Positions 42,497-55,083 of a stretch of DNA of 64,000 nt are shown in pieces; position 1 is the first letter of the stretch; each line of letters opens with the position of its first letter. The notes below the pieces were generated by a model. It saw only the letters and a list, made by a program, of their open reading frames with translations, searched no databases and was not told the origin of the DNA. Source of the DNA: Malacoraja senta. Its lineage: Eukaryota. The stretch spans positions 1-64,000 of the forward strand of contig JAXLNO010000587.1 of the NCBI GenBank assembly GCA_038087875.1, read 5' to 3'. A program made the position numbers and the translations under genes.

Positions 42497-45400
42497 AACT
42501 TTGATAACCCTCAATTTTTTAATAAAATTCTGAATATAATTGCAGAATCTAATTATCAAAATGTTATAATCGGAGGAGATTTTAATTGTGTTTTAGATCC
42601 TTATTTAGATAAATCGATGCAAAAACAAAAAGGTCAGACGAAATCTAAAACCAGTGAACTCTTACACACATATATGGAAAACACAAATATAACAGATGTA
42701 TGGAGGATTGCAAACCCGACGGGAAGGGATTACTCGTTTTATTCAATGGTGCATAAAACATATTCACGGATAGACTATTTTCTTGTGGATACAAAATTAA
42801 TTTCGCAATCTCTGAATCCTAAATATCATATTAATGCGATCTCAGATCATTCTCCGTTAACTTTTGTTCTAAAACTAGAAGGAATGTCTATGAATAAACC
42901 GTTCTGGAGGTTTAACTCACAAATTTTAAAAGACCCTCAAGGGAGTATCTATCTAAAAAAACAGATGGATCTATTTTTTGAGTTAAATGATACACCAGAG
43001 ATATCCCCCACGTTATTATGGGAATCCTTCAAAGCATTTATAAGAGGAGTCATTATTTCATTTCAAGCTTATCAAAATAAAAAGAATAAGAATGAACAAA
43101 GACACTTAGAAGATCAAATAAAACAGTTAGATATAGATAATGCTAAAGACCCAACTATGGATAAACATAATAAAATACTACTACTGAAATTTCAGTTAAA
43201 TAAATTACTGTCAGAGAAAGTTATAACATTATTTCAAATCACAAAACAAGAACACTTCGAATTCGGGGACAAACCCCACAAACTTCTAGCACGACAACTT
43301 AAAAAACGGGAAAAAGAGAATGCAATATTAAAGATTAAATCAGATAGAGGGGAAGTATTAACACTACCCAAGGATATTAATAAAAGATTTGCTCAATTTT
43401 ACCAGAATCTATACACATCTAAAACGTCAATAGACAATAATAAAATCTCAGAATTTTTAGATAATTGTAATCTACCACAATTAGAACGCAGGGAACAAGA
43501 GGAACTGGGAGCACAAATTACTTTTAAGGAGATAGAAGACACAATAAAAACACTAAAAAATGGAAAAACACCAGGACCAGACGGATTCAGTAATGAATTT
43601 TATAAATCTTTTTATGATATAGTTACTCCACGATTACAAAAAATGTATACATATGCTTATAAAGAGCAAAACCTACCTGAAACACTAGCGGAATCAACGA
43701 TCATATTAATACTTAAAAAAGATAAAAATATAGAAGAACCAGGATCATATAGAGCTATTGCTTTGTTAAATACGGATCAGAAAATAATAGCAAAAACATT
43801 AGCCAATAGATTAAGCAAGTATGTTAGTAGACTAATACATGAGGATCAAACAGGATTTATACCTAAGAGACACTCATTTAATAATTTGAGACGTTTGCTT
43901 AACATAATGCATTCACATAAATCTTATGACCAAGAGTTAGCTATCATCTCACTGGACGCAGAAAAAGCGTTTGATCAAGTAGAATGGGACTATATGATCA
44001 AAGTATTGCAAAAATTCCAATTGGGAGAAAACTTTATTGCATGGATAAAACTACTATATAACAAACCTACGGCTAGAATACTAACTAATAATATATTATC
44101 TTCAAAATTCGAATTATCTAGGGGCAACAGACAAGGATGTTCACTATCACCGCTGTTATTTGCTTTGGTAATTGAACCCCTTGCTGAAAAAATAAGAACA
44201 CACTCGAATATTCACGGTTATAACACAAAATATTCAAACAACAAACTATCCCTATATGCTGATGATGTACTACTGTACATCACAAAACCACAAATTAGTA
44301 TACCAAATATATTAAACTTAATTGAGGACTTTGGATCCTTTTCAGGATATAGAATAAATTGGAACAAAAGTGAAATTATGTCGATTAAACCAAAAGACTC
44401 AACACATCTCAGGAAATTCCCTTTTAAAATAGCTATGGAAAAATTCAAATATTTAGGAATTGAGATTACTAGAAATTACCATGATATGTTTAAAGCTAAT
44501 TATAATCCCCTACTTAAGAAATTAAATAATCTGATTAAATTTTGGAAAACACTTCCGATGTCCTTAATAGGTAGGATAAATGCTATAAAAATGATTTTCT
44601 TACCACAAATCCTTTACCTATTTCAATCAATACCTATATATCTCCCAAAAAAGTTTTTCAAAAAACTGGACTCAGACATTACAAATTTTATATGGGATTA
44701 CAAATCCCACAGACTACAAAGAACACACCTTAACAAACGAAAAGAGTTGGGGGGTCTAGCGCTCCCTAACTTTATGTATTATAACTGGGCAGTAAATATT
44801 AAAAATATGATTCACCTGCTGGACAATTCTGCCCAGCAGGTGGACTGGATTATAATGGAAAAAGGGGATTGCTCCCCGAATAATATAGGAGCGATTATTC
44901 TCTCTCCAATAAATTTGAATAATAAAAATTATAATAAAAATCCAATTATATATAGCACTATTAGAACATGGAAGCAAATAAAACAGAATCTAAAATTAAG
45001 AAACCTATCTCTCTTAATACCAATAGTCAATAACCCATCGTTTAAACCTTCAATCATAGATAAAGCATTTATACAATGGGAAAGAATGGGAATCAAAACG
45101 CTCGAAGATCTGTATGAATTAGAAAAATTACTATCATTCCAACAACTACAACTGAAATATAATTTGAAAAATAATCAATATTTTAAATATCTACAAATCT
45201 GTGACTATTTGAAAACACACACAAAAGATTATTATAATATGCCTTCCGACTTACTAGATGAAGCAATGAAGACAAAGGCGGAATCAGTTAATTTAATATC
45301 ATACTTATATAATATCATCTTAAATATAGAAATACCCACAACAGATGGAATTAGAAGAGATTGGGAACAAGATCTAGGTATAAAAATTTCAAAAGAGAGT

Positions 45401-45925
45401 TGGGATAATCATTTATTACAGGTGCATAAATGCTCGATCAACGTACGACATACGCTTATCCAATTTAAAACATTACATAGATTATATTATTCAAAAACCA
45501 AACTAAATAAAATCTTTCCTAACGTCTCACCAATCTGTGATAAATGTATATGTCAAGAAGCTACCATAGCACATTCTTTTGTTTTTTGTACAAAAATCCA
45601 AAAATTCTGGTTTGAAATATTTGATATTTTTTCAAAATTAATCAAAATAAAACTGGTACCAAAACCAGAATGGATTATTTTTGGAATATCGGAAGGTATT
45701 CCTGAATTAAACGTGTATCAGAAGAATTTACTCAATTATGGGCTAATAATGGGAAAAAAGCTTATACTTAAATTCTGGAAAAATGCGCCCACACCAACAA
45801 TAAAAATGTGGACATCAAATATGTTGGAAACATTACATCTGGAAGAGATGAGATTCCTCCTAGTAGGCAAAGTAGACCAATTTCAAAAGACGTGGTCTAC
45901 GTTTTTGGACCTATTACAAGCATGA
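42497..45925 (+). CDS. L1 ORF2 remnant (partial APE endonuclease, RT, CCHC knuckle), N-terminally truncated
   Basis: Stop-free frame from NFDNPQFF...GGDFN through SRIDY, SDH, LDAEKAFD, RQGCSLSP, YADD and CDKC...H...C. The true start is missing. Confidence 0.9.
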   Translation, partial: NFDNPQFFNKILNIIAESNYQNVIIGGDFNCVLDPYLDKSMQKQKGQTKSKTSELLHTYMENTNITDVWRIANPTGRDYSFYSMVHKTYSRIDYFLVDTKLISQSLNPKYHINAISDHSPLTFVLKLEGMSMNKPFWRFNSQILKDPQGSIYLKKQMDLFFELNDTPEISPTLLWESFKAFIRGVIISFQAYQNKKNKNEQRHLEDQIKQLDIDNAKDPTMDKHNKILLLKFQLNKLLSEKVITLFQITKQEHFEFGDKPHKLLARQLKKREKENAILKIKSDRGEVLTLPKDINKRFAQFYQNLYTSKTSIDNNKISEFLDNCNLPQLERREQEELGAQITFKEIEDTIKTLKNGKTPGPDGFSNEFYKSFYDIVTPRLQKMYTYAYKEQNLPETLAESTIILILKKDKNIEEPGSYRAIALLNTDQKIIAKTLANRLSKYVSRLIHEDQTGFIPKRHSFNNLRRLLNIMHSHKSYDQELAIISLDAEKAFDQVEWDYMIKVLQKFQLGENFIAWIKLLYNKPTARILTNNILSSKFELSRGNRQGCSLSPLLFALVIEPLAEKIRTHSNIHGYNTKYSNNKLSLYADDVLLYITKPQISIPNILNLIEDFGSFSGYRINWNKSEIMSIKPKDSTHLRKFPFKIAMEKFKYLGIEITRNYHDMFKANYNPLLKKLNNLIKFWKTLPMSLIGRINAIKMIFLPQILYLFQSIPIYLPKKFFKKLDSDITNFIWDYKSHRLQRTHLNKRKELGGLALPNFMYYNWAVNIKNMIHLLDNSAQQVDWIIMEKGDCSPNNIGAIILSPINLNNKNYNKNPIIYSTIRTWKQIKQNLKLRNLSLLIPIVNNPSFKPSIIDKAFIQWERMGIKTLEDLYELEKLLSFQQLQLKYNLKNNQYFKYLQICDYLKTHTKDYYNMPSDLLDEAMKTKAESVNLISYLYNIILNIEIPTTDGIRRDWEQDLGIKISKESWDNHLLQVHKCSINVRHTLIQFKTLHRLYYSKTKLNKIFPNVSPICDKCICQEATIAHSFVFCTKIQKFWFEIFDIFSKLIKIKLVPKPEWIIFGISEGIPELNVYQKNLLNYGLIMGKKLILKFWKNAPTPTIKMWTSNMLETLHLEEMRFLLVGKVDQFQKTWSTFLDLLQA

Positions 45926-46342
45926 GGTGCAATAGTAATTTAGAAAAACAAATAAATAAATAAAAGGTATCTGGACCTGGTAATGGGAGGTAAAATAAAA
46001 ACAGACTTGGTTGGTAGTTCCTTCTCTATGAAGTATGGTATAAGAGTTATAATAGAGCGATTGTTCCTTCTTTCTTTCTCTTTTTTTTTCTAGGGTCTAT
46101 TTTCTAACTTTACTTCCTTCTCTAACTTCTTTTCCTAGGGGCTTTCTTTTCCCAACACTCTTTTGCACTTCACAACCTTTGCGCACTTTCTTCACTTTTC
46201 TTACTTCTTTCTTTTTCTTTCTTAAAGTTTAAAAAAGTGAAGCGGTACAAAAAATGTATTAATATATACGTGTTGTACATTACTGTAATCTACCGTACTT
46301 CTAAAAAATAAAAAATAAAAAAAATTAAAAAAAAAATAAAAA
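42498..46342 (+). mobile_element. 5'-truncated L1-clade LINE with 3'UTR and poly(A)
   Basis: Open ORF2, A-rich tail at ~46303-46342, candidate TSD GAATAA at 42492-42497 and 46343-46348. Confidence 0.93.
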
Positions 46343-46467
46343 GAATAACCCTTCCTAGTAACTCCTTCCATGGAACAGCATGGCAATGTCAGTTTCAATA
46401 GTGTGCCTTTGGACTTTTATTCAGCATTGTTTAAAGTTTTATTGGCACTAAAGTATGGAATAACTGT

Positions 46468-46872
46468 CACTGTCAGAGTGAGGCCCAACGCAAATTGAAG
46501 GAACAGCACCTCCTATTTCGCTTGGGCAGCTTACAACCCAGCGGTATGATTATTGATTTCTCTAACTTTAAGTAGCCCTTGCTTTCCCACTCTCCCTGTC
46601 CCTCCCCATCCTAGTTCTCCAATAGTTCAACTGTCCTCTGATTAAATATTACTGATTGTATGCCGCGTTGTCACCTTCCTCTCATTTAACAATGAACCAT
46701 TCTACATTTCCTTCTCATCTGCTTTGATCTGTCGTTTTCACACCTTACCCTTCCATATCTCCAGACCCTCTCTCCTGACTCAGTCTGACGAAGGGTCTTG
46801 ACCCAAAAGATCAACCATTCCCTCTCTCCAGAGATGCTCAGGACCCACTGTTTACTCCAGCATTTTTTTTGT
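46468..46872 (+). mobile_element. Penelope-like element 3' end: GIY-YIG C-terminus plus terminal repeat
   Basis: 46468-46575 encodes HCQSEAQRKLKEQHLLFRLGSLQPSGMIIDFSNFK*, followed by ctgacgaagggtcttgaccc and the short repeat that is abundant across this window. Confidence 0.75.
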
Positions 46873-48482
46873 CTCTTATAGAAAAACTTATAATTATGGA
46901 AACTTTAATAATGAATTCCTGTGATATTCTTAATATCTTGCATAATGGGCATTACAGCCCTGCACCAACAAGTATAATTACATTATTTAATATTGCCGCC
47001 TAGCATCATTAGAGTTCAACAATTATGGTACATAAAAGCTTTCTTTCAAGAAGGAAGATATCTGAGGCACTTGTATGAAGAGCCTCATTATTGGAGCAAA
47101 TGCAAATACAACAGAAATGGAGGGACAAAGACAATGGAATGGGGACATAACAGGAGGCAGGGTTTGTGGAAATATGTCAAGATAGTTGTGAGAGTCTGTG
47201 CACTGTAATGAATGTGGGTCAAATGTTTATCCCCTGGAGATGGGGGAGATCCAGAATGTTGAGGAAATAATCAACGATGGTCTATGTAGGAGAGAGCAAA
47301 GTGGCAAATGCAGTAAAAGTAGTGAACTTTTCAAGTTCATATGAATGGAGGAAGCAGTGTACTGGAGAAAGATTTGAGGGTGGATATCTGAGCTGGTCTG
47401 AAACAAAGACTGTTCCTCACATCCCACAAAAAGGCATGTTGTAACTGGCCCATGTGAGTACTATACCTTTTGATCTACAGAAAGTAGATTCTATAACTAC
47501 ACCCTTTGATCTGCAGAAAGATTTTAAAAGGAAGAACAAGTTTAGCCAGGCAGATGAGTGTGTAGGTAGAAAGGAGTTGGTTGGGCATCTATTCTGGGAA
47601 GAAGATAATCAAGATGTAGAGAGTCCATGGTGAAGCTCAACAAAGCCCCAGTTCTTTGGTAAATAAAGTTCTCAAATGGATGGAACAGTAAAGGGGTGTA
47701 GAAGTGCACATCCATTAACCATTTATAAGTAGCTTTTCAGCTCCTAAAATATGGGATGGTTCAATGGTACTTTGTTGTCATGCGTACCCAAGGACAGTGA
47801 AAAATTTTTTTTGCATACAATCTGGTGACAATCCTACTATACATTAGACACAATCATACCAAGTACAAGAGCATAAGACAGTAGACCACACGGAGTCAGC
47901 GCACAAGAGTCGCCACGCTTCTGGTACCATTCTTGTACCCGTTTAAAAATATATTAAGAGTCTTAACCTGGCCATAAAGGCCAGTGGCCCTGGCGGCAGG
48001 ACTGGGTCAGATTTACAGGGGTTGCCCTGGCCTGGCGATGTGCCGATGTAAAAGACTCAACACTTTTTAATTACTTTTTCTTCCCATTTTTCCAGACTCT
48101 GACGCACTCCTTCCAGCTGAGTCAGTGATTTACTTTGTACATCTTTAAATTTACTGTGTTGTGGATACTCTGCACTGACTACTTGCTCTTTCTATTTTTG
48201 TTTTGAGATATGGGGTGAGAAATTCTTAGCCTTGCATATGTCTATACTGCCCAACACAAAGGAAGTTAATTTGAAACTGGATTGCTGGATGTTATTGGGT
48301 ATGTTGTCAGTGGGCTTTGCAGTTTCCATACATGATTTAAGGCCTTCATGCATACTTCAGGCATAATAGCTGAGGTTGTGCAATGCATTTTTAATATCTG
48401 ACACTCGCCCACAACAAAGGAATACCTAAGAAGATTCAAAATTCTTTGTTACCCAGAGTCTTACCAGGTTCTTGCTGTCAAG

Positions 48483-49265
48483 GCCTTCTATACTCCGTAT
48501 ACACCCACGACTGTGCAGCCAAATACAAATCCAACTCTATTTACAAATTTGCAAACAACACCACAGTAGTGGGCCAGATATCAAATAAGTACGAGACAGA
48601 GTACAGGGAAAAGATTGAGAATCTTGTAACGTGGTGCAAAGATGACAACCTTTCCCCCAATGTAAGCAAGACAAAAGGGATTGTGAAGGACTTCAGGAAG
48701 CGAAGCGGTGAACATACACATTGACGGCGCCAAAGTAGACATGGTTAAAAGCTTCATGTTCCAAGGAGTAAATATCACCAGCAACTTGTCCTGTACCAAC
48801 CATATTGAAGCAATGGGCAAGAAAGCACACTAACAACTCTCACTAACTTCTACAGATGTGCGGTAGAAAGCATTTTAACGGGATGCATCACAGCACGGTT
48901 TAGGAACATAACCACAAGAAATTACAGAGAGCAATCAAGACCACAAGAAATTACAGAGCGTTTTAGACACAAACGAGACCATCAAGCAAACCGTCTTCCC
49001 TCCCCGTTGACTACATCTACACTTTACGTTGCATCGGCAAGGCCACCAGCATAATCAAGGACGTCTCACCCTCTACTCCCCTCTCCCATCAGGCAAGAGG
49101 TACAAAAGTGTAAAAATGCACACCTCCAGATTCAGGGTCTGTTTCTGCCCAGCTGTAATCGGGTAACTGAACTATCCTATCACCAACTAGAGAGCGGTCC
49201 TGACCTACGATTTACTTCATTGGAGACCCTCGGACTATCTTTAACTGAAGTTTATTGGACTTTGT
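48483..49265 (+). mobile_element. Degenerate Rex1/Babar-type LINE
   Basis: LLYSVYTHDC...SIYKFANNTTVVG peptide and the family 3' end. Confidence 0.8.
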
Positions 49266-50244
49266 CCATTGATCTGTACTGAAAATTGCCTTTTGCATTA
49301 AAACTGTCTTCTAGTGTAGATGGGGCATGTTGGTCGACATGGGTGAGTTGGGCCCAAGGGCCTGATTCCGTGCTGTATCACTCTATATATCTATAACTAT
49401 AAAGAAATAACATTAGAGTGAGAACTAAATTAAATCTACATTTAAACCTTGGATCAAAAATAACTTGAGGCATAGAAGTATTTCAGCAGTTATAGCGTCC
49501 TACAGTATGGATACAGGCCCTTTGTCCCAACTTCTCCATGCCTACCAAGATGCTTCATCTACACTAGTTCAACCTGCCCGTGTTTGGCCCATATCCCTCT
49601 AAACCTCTCCTATTCATGTACCTGTCCATATGTCTTTTACATGTTATATAAGATTTTTGTTTCACTGTTTTGGTACCAATTGTGAGGAAAATATCATGAG
49701 GAGTAAAAAAAAACTACATTCCATTTCTTTACACAAACGTGAACACCACGCTGGTTACAGCAGATGGATGAGATCAATAATTGTAGTTTCAATCAATGCT
49801 TGCCATATGTCTAATATTTTGTATTAAATTCAGTTTGTGTGGCCAAATCGCTTGAAAAGTAAATAAGCTGCACCTATTTGTACAGTGATAGGTGGAGGTG
49901 GGTGAGTCATGCATGCAGTTACTTTTGCAAAGAACAAAACACTCATGATATGTTTCCTCAGATCAGGTAGTAGGAGGACATCAGGCTTCAAATTGGTCAT
50001 TTGAAGGGAGGATTAGTGGGAAGCATGTTCCATGGATTGATAATGGTAGAATTTAATGGATGATTCACACTTAAGTCATTGAGCAAAATGGCTAACATCA
50101 GAATGTCAGGACATTCTGGATAGGTCGGTATCAAAATAGCTTTATTGCATTAATTTAAACAGTTAACACTTGCCTCTCTGGTTTGCAGAATATTTTTATG
50201 GACAATATTAAAATGCAGTGGCTCTTTACTTTTCTGCACTGCAT

Positions 50245-50509
50245 TTAGTTTTTAGCTTTTAGAAATACAGCATGGATACAGACCCCCTCAGCCCACCGAG
50301 TCCACGCTGAAGAGTAGTTTTTACAGAATTAACCTACAAAACTGAATGACTTTAGAACGTGGGCTGAAATCTGAGCACCCGGAGGAATCCCACACGGTCA
50401 CAGGGAGAACTTGCAAAACTTTATACAGACAGCTCCCGTGGTCAGAATCAAATTGGGATCTCTGGCGCTGAAAGGAAGCAACTCTACCGCTGCACCACTG
50501 TGCCACCCC
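50245..50509 (-). mobile_element. tRNA-derived SINE (HE1-like)
   Basis: Reverse complement of the same SINE family. Confidence 0.75.
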
Positions 50510-51467
50510 AAAAAGATTTGATGCTGACTGAGATCTTTGCATATGTCGCTGGCAGTGCTATTTTAACATTTGTGAGATGCCCGTATATATTGTCTGCTTT
50601 TGGACGTCTGGCCTGATAATTGGGTTGCAGGGATACCAGGGTTGGGTTGCAGGGATAAAACACCAGGCCTGAGGCATGCCAGGAGTTGAATGGGACATGG
50701 AGACACAAGGGACTGCTGATGATGAAAACATGAGCAAAACACAAAGTGCTGGAGGAACTTCAATGAAAGCAAGGTGCCACACGCCTTCTTTACCACCTTG
50801 TACACTTGTGTCACCACTTTCTGGGAACTATGTACTTGTACCTCTCTGTCTCACTGCTCCACAACACTGTCACTAGCCCTGTCATTTACTGTGTATGTCC
50901 TCCCCTGGTTGGACAATCCTACCAATGCCATCGTAGGTGGATCATGAATTGCTGGTAGATTGGTGAGGATGTGAACAGATAGGTTTATTCCACATGTCGG
51001 CTCACTTCCTACCTGCTGCACACCCAGTCCAGATGTTCCCTCGGCCATCTCAGCTCCAGCCACTCCAGTTTAATCCTCTCCCCTTGCTGCTTTCAGTTCT
51101 CCTTCCAAGCGTTGTTTGATGTGGAGGAGCACTGACTCATCAACTTTAAAAGACATTTGGACAAGTGCATGGACAAGATAGGTTTGGAGGAATATGAACC
51201 AAATGTAGGCAGGTAGTGTAGATGGGGCATGTTGGTCGGTGTGGGCAAGTTAGGCCGAATGGCCTTTCCACTCTATATGACTCTATAATTGCAAGAGGAT
51301 GGTAGATGGTAACCAAGAGGTCTAATGTGTAGGAACAAAGGACAACAAAGGACAAAGGACATTTATTGTCACGTACACCAATTGGTGTAGTGAAATTTGA
51401 CTTCCCATGCAGCACACAAATAAAGATAACATTAAAGAATTTAACAATAAACATAAAAACATTTGAA

Positions 51468-52579
51468 TCAGTATTGATGTGGATAGAGAACTGGCTGGCA
51501 GACAGGAAGCAAAGAGTAGGAGTAAACGGGTCCTTTTCAAAATGGCAGGCAGTGACTAGTGGGGTACCGCAAGGCTCAGTGCTGGGACCCCAGCTATTTA
51601 CAATATATATTAATGATTTGGACGAGGGAATTGAATGCAACATCTCCAAGTTTGCGGATGACACGAAGCTTGGGGGCAGTGTTAGCTGTGAGGAGGAAGC
51701 TAGGAGGCTGCAAGGTGACTTGGATAGGCTGGGTGAGTGGGCAAATGCATGGCAGATGCAGTATAATGTGGATAAATGTGAGGTTATCCACTTTGGTGGC
51801 AAAAACAGGAAAGTAGACTATTATCTGAATGGTGGCCGATTAGGAAAAGGGGAGATGCAACGAGACCTGGGTGTCATGGTACACCAGTCATTGAAAGTAG
51901 GCATGTAGGAGCAGCAGGCAGTGAAGAAAGCGAATGGTATGTTAGCATTCATAGCAAAAGGATTTGAGTATAGGAGCAGGGAGGTTCTACTGCAGTTGTA
52001 CAGGGTTTTGGTGAGACCACACCTGGAGTATTGCATACAGTTTTGGTCTCCTAATCTGAGGAAAGACATTCTTGCCATAGAGGGAGTACAGAGAAGGTTC
52101 ACCAGACTGATTCCTGGGATGTCAGGACTTTCATATGAAGAAAGACTGGATAGACTTGGCTTGTACTCGCTAGAATTTAGAAGATTGAGGGGGGATCTTA
52201 TAGAAACTTACAAAATTCTTAAGGGGTTAGACAGGCTAGATGCAGGAAGATTGTTCCCGAATTTGGGGAAGTCCAGAACAAGGGGTCACAGTTTAAGGAT
52301 AAGGGGGAAATCTTTTAGGACCGAGATGAGAAAAACATTTTTCACACAGAGTGTGGTGAATCTCTGGAATTCTCCGCCACAGAAGGTAGTTGAGGCCAGT
52401 TCATTGGCTATATTTAAGAGGGTTAGATGTGGCCCTTGTGGCTAAAGGTATCAGGGGGTATGGAGAGAAGGCAGGTACAGGATACTGAGTTGGATGATCA
52501 GCCATGATCATATTGAATGGCGGTGCAGGCTCGAAGGGCCGAATGGCCTACTCCTGCACCTATTTTCTATGTTTCTATG
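51468..52579 (+). mobile_element. 5'-truncated CR1 LINE, same family as 5372-8550
   Basis: Nearly identical to 7438-8550; FADD motif; (TTTCTATG)n tail. Confidence 0.95.
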
Positions 52580-53329
52580 ACGGTTTCCGACCCGAAACGT
52601 CACCCATCCTTTTTCTCCTCAGATGCTGCTTGACCTGTTGAGTTATTCCAGCACTTTGTGCCTATCAACCAAGAGGTTTACATTTGACCTATGCTTGTTC
52701 TCCCTGTAACCATATGGATCTCCTCAGGTGCTGAGGTTTCTTCCCGCGTCCAACAACGCACAAGGTGATAGTTCAATTGGTGGTTTTAAATTGTCCCTAA
52801 GGGTGCAATTGATGGGAATGGGTTTAGATAGGATTCATGCAAAGATGTGTGCTCGGTCATTAGCATTTGGTGGGCCAAAGGGCTTCTTTGATATCGCTTC
52901 GTATATCTTCATAATTCTGCTAATTCAGTCACTGCTGGTGCTACCGAGCCACTCTTGGTGACTGACTTTGGGATTCCCCACCGAAAGACCATTTTGCACG
53001 TGGCTGTTCACATGGAGGAAAGCAAATTCATCAGCGGCTGGAGGATAGCAGATGTTTATAAAAAGGGTGGTGGGTATTTGGAACGAGGTGCCGAGGGTGG
53101 AGGGTTTATGGAACAAGCTGCAGAGAGAGGTGGGTATATAGAACAAGCTGTCAGAGGAGGTACTGTAGTTAAGGCAGGTACTATAACATTTAAAATACAT
53201 CTGGACAGGTATATGGTTAGGAAAGGTTTAGAGGTATATGGTGCAAACATGGGCAGGTGGGACTAGCTTAGATGGGGCATCTTGTTTGGCGTGGGCAAGT
53301 TGAGCCGAAGTGCCTGTTTCCATGCTGTA

Positions 53330-55083
53330 CGGCAATTGTGGCCGGACTTCAATGCCATCACCTCCTACAAGGCAAAATCAGGAGGCAGCTCAATTGTTGG
53401 CGAAGCATCACTCCCTGACGAGTTCAATGTGTTTTACGCACGCTTTGATAGGGAGAACACTGATGTGCCTTCCCGAGCCCCCATTCGCTGTGATGGTATT
53501 TCGGTCACAGTCACAGAGGCCGATGTCAGAAGATCCTTCAGGGGGGTAAACACTCAGAAAGCCCCTGACCTGATGGTATATCCGGGCGTGTTTTTAAAAA
53601 CCTGTGCGGACCAACTGGCTGGAGTTTTTATGGACATTTTCAACCTCTTACTTCTGAGGTCTGAGGTTCCCACCTGCTGTAAAAGGGCATCAATAATACT
53701 GGTGCCCAAGAAGAGCAAGGTGACGTGCCTCAATGACTATCGACCAGTGGCACTAACGTCTGTGGTGATGAAGTGCTTCGAGAGGTTGATTATGGCGCAT
53801 TTCAACTCCTACCTCGACAAGAACCTCGACCCACTGCAGTTCGCTTACCGCCACAACAGATCAACGGTGGATGCGATCTCACTGCCTCTCCACTCCGCCC
53901 TGGACCACTTGGACAACAAAAACTCGTATGTCAGGCTGTTACTCATTGACTACAGCTCGGCATTTAATACCATCATCCCCTCCAAGCTGGCTACCAAGCT
54001 CTCAGATCTGGGTCTCTGCGCATCCCTCTGCAAGTGGATCCTTGACTTCCTCATCCACAGACCACAGTCTGTCCGTATTGGTGGAAATGTGTCAAACTCG
54101 ATAACAATCAGCACAGGAGCGCCTCAAGGCTGCGTGCTCAGCCCCCTGCTTTACTCACTCTATACTCACGACTGCGTAGCCGGACATAGTGGAAACTCCA
54201 TCATCAAGTTCGCCGACGACACCTCTGTTGTGGGACGTATCACTGATGGTGACGAGTCAGAGTATAGAAGTGAGATCGACTGATTGACCAAATGGTGCCA
54301 GCATAATAACCTGGCTCTCAACACCTGCAAAACCAAGGAACTGATTGTGGACTTTGGAAGAGGTGGGATAGGGACCCACAATCCCGTTTATATCAACGGG
54401 ACGATGATGGAAAGGGTCAAGAACGTCAAATTCCTGGGCGTGCATATTTCCGAAGATCTTTCCTGGTCCCAGCACACTGATGCAATTATAAAGAAAGCAC
54501 ATCAGCGCCTCAACTTCCTGAGAAGATTACGGAGAGTCGGTATGTCAAAGAGGACCCTCTCGAACTTCTACAGGTGCACAGTAGAGATCATGCTGACTGG
54601 TTGCATCGTGGCTTGGTTCGGCAACTTGAGCGTCCAGGAGTGGAAAAGAATGCAGAAAGTTGTGACCACTGCCCAGTCCATCATCGGCTCTGACCTCCCC
54701 ACCATCAAAGGGATCTATCGTAGTCGCTGCCTCAGAAAGGCTGCCAACATCATCAAGGACCCACACCATCCTGGTCACACACTCATCTCTCTGTTGCCAT
54801 CGGGTAGAAGGTACAGGAGCCTGAAATCTGGTACATCCAGGTTCAGGAACAGCCTCTTCCCCACAGCCATCAGGCTATTAAACACAACATCAAACAAACT
54901 CTGAACTATAACAGCCTATTGCACTTTATCTGTTTATTTATGTGTATATATAAGGTCTATGCTATATAGACACACTGAACTGTTCTGTATTTATGCTTAC
55001 AATATTCTGTTGTGCTGCAGCGAGCAAGAATTTCATTGTCCTATCTGGGACACATGACATGAAACTTTCTTGATTTGACTTGT
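53330..55083 (+). mobile_element. 5'-truncated Rex1/Babar-type LINE (RT domain, one in-frame TGA)
   Basis: LNDYRPVALTSVVMKCFERL, DYSSAFNTI, GAPQGCVLSPLLYSLYTHDC, KFADD; short (CTTGA)-like tail. Confidence 0.9.

Noticed and set aside
53065..53160. Triplicated ~30-bp unit giving a GGY-repeat ORF
   Set aside because: Local tandem duplication inside a CR1 3' fragment.
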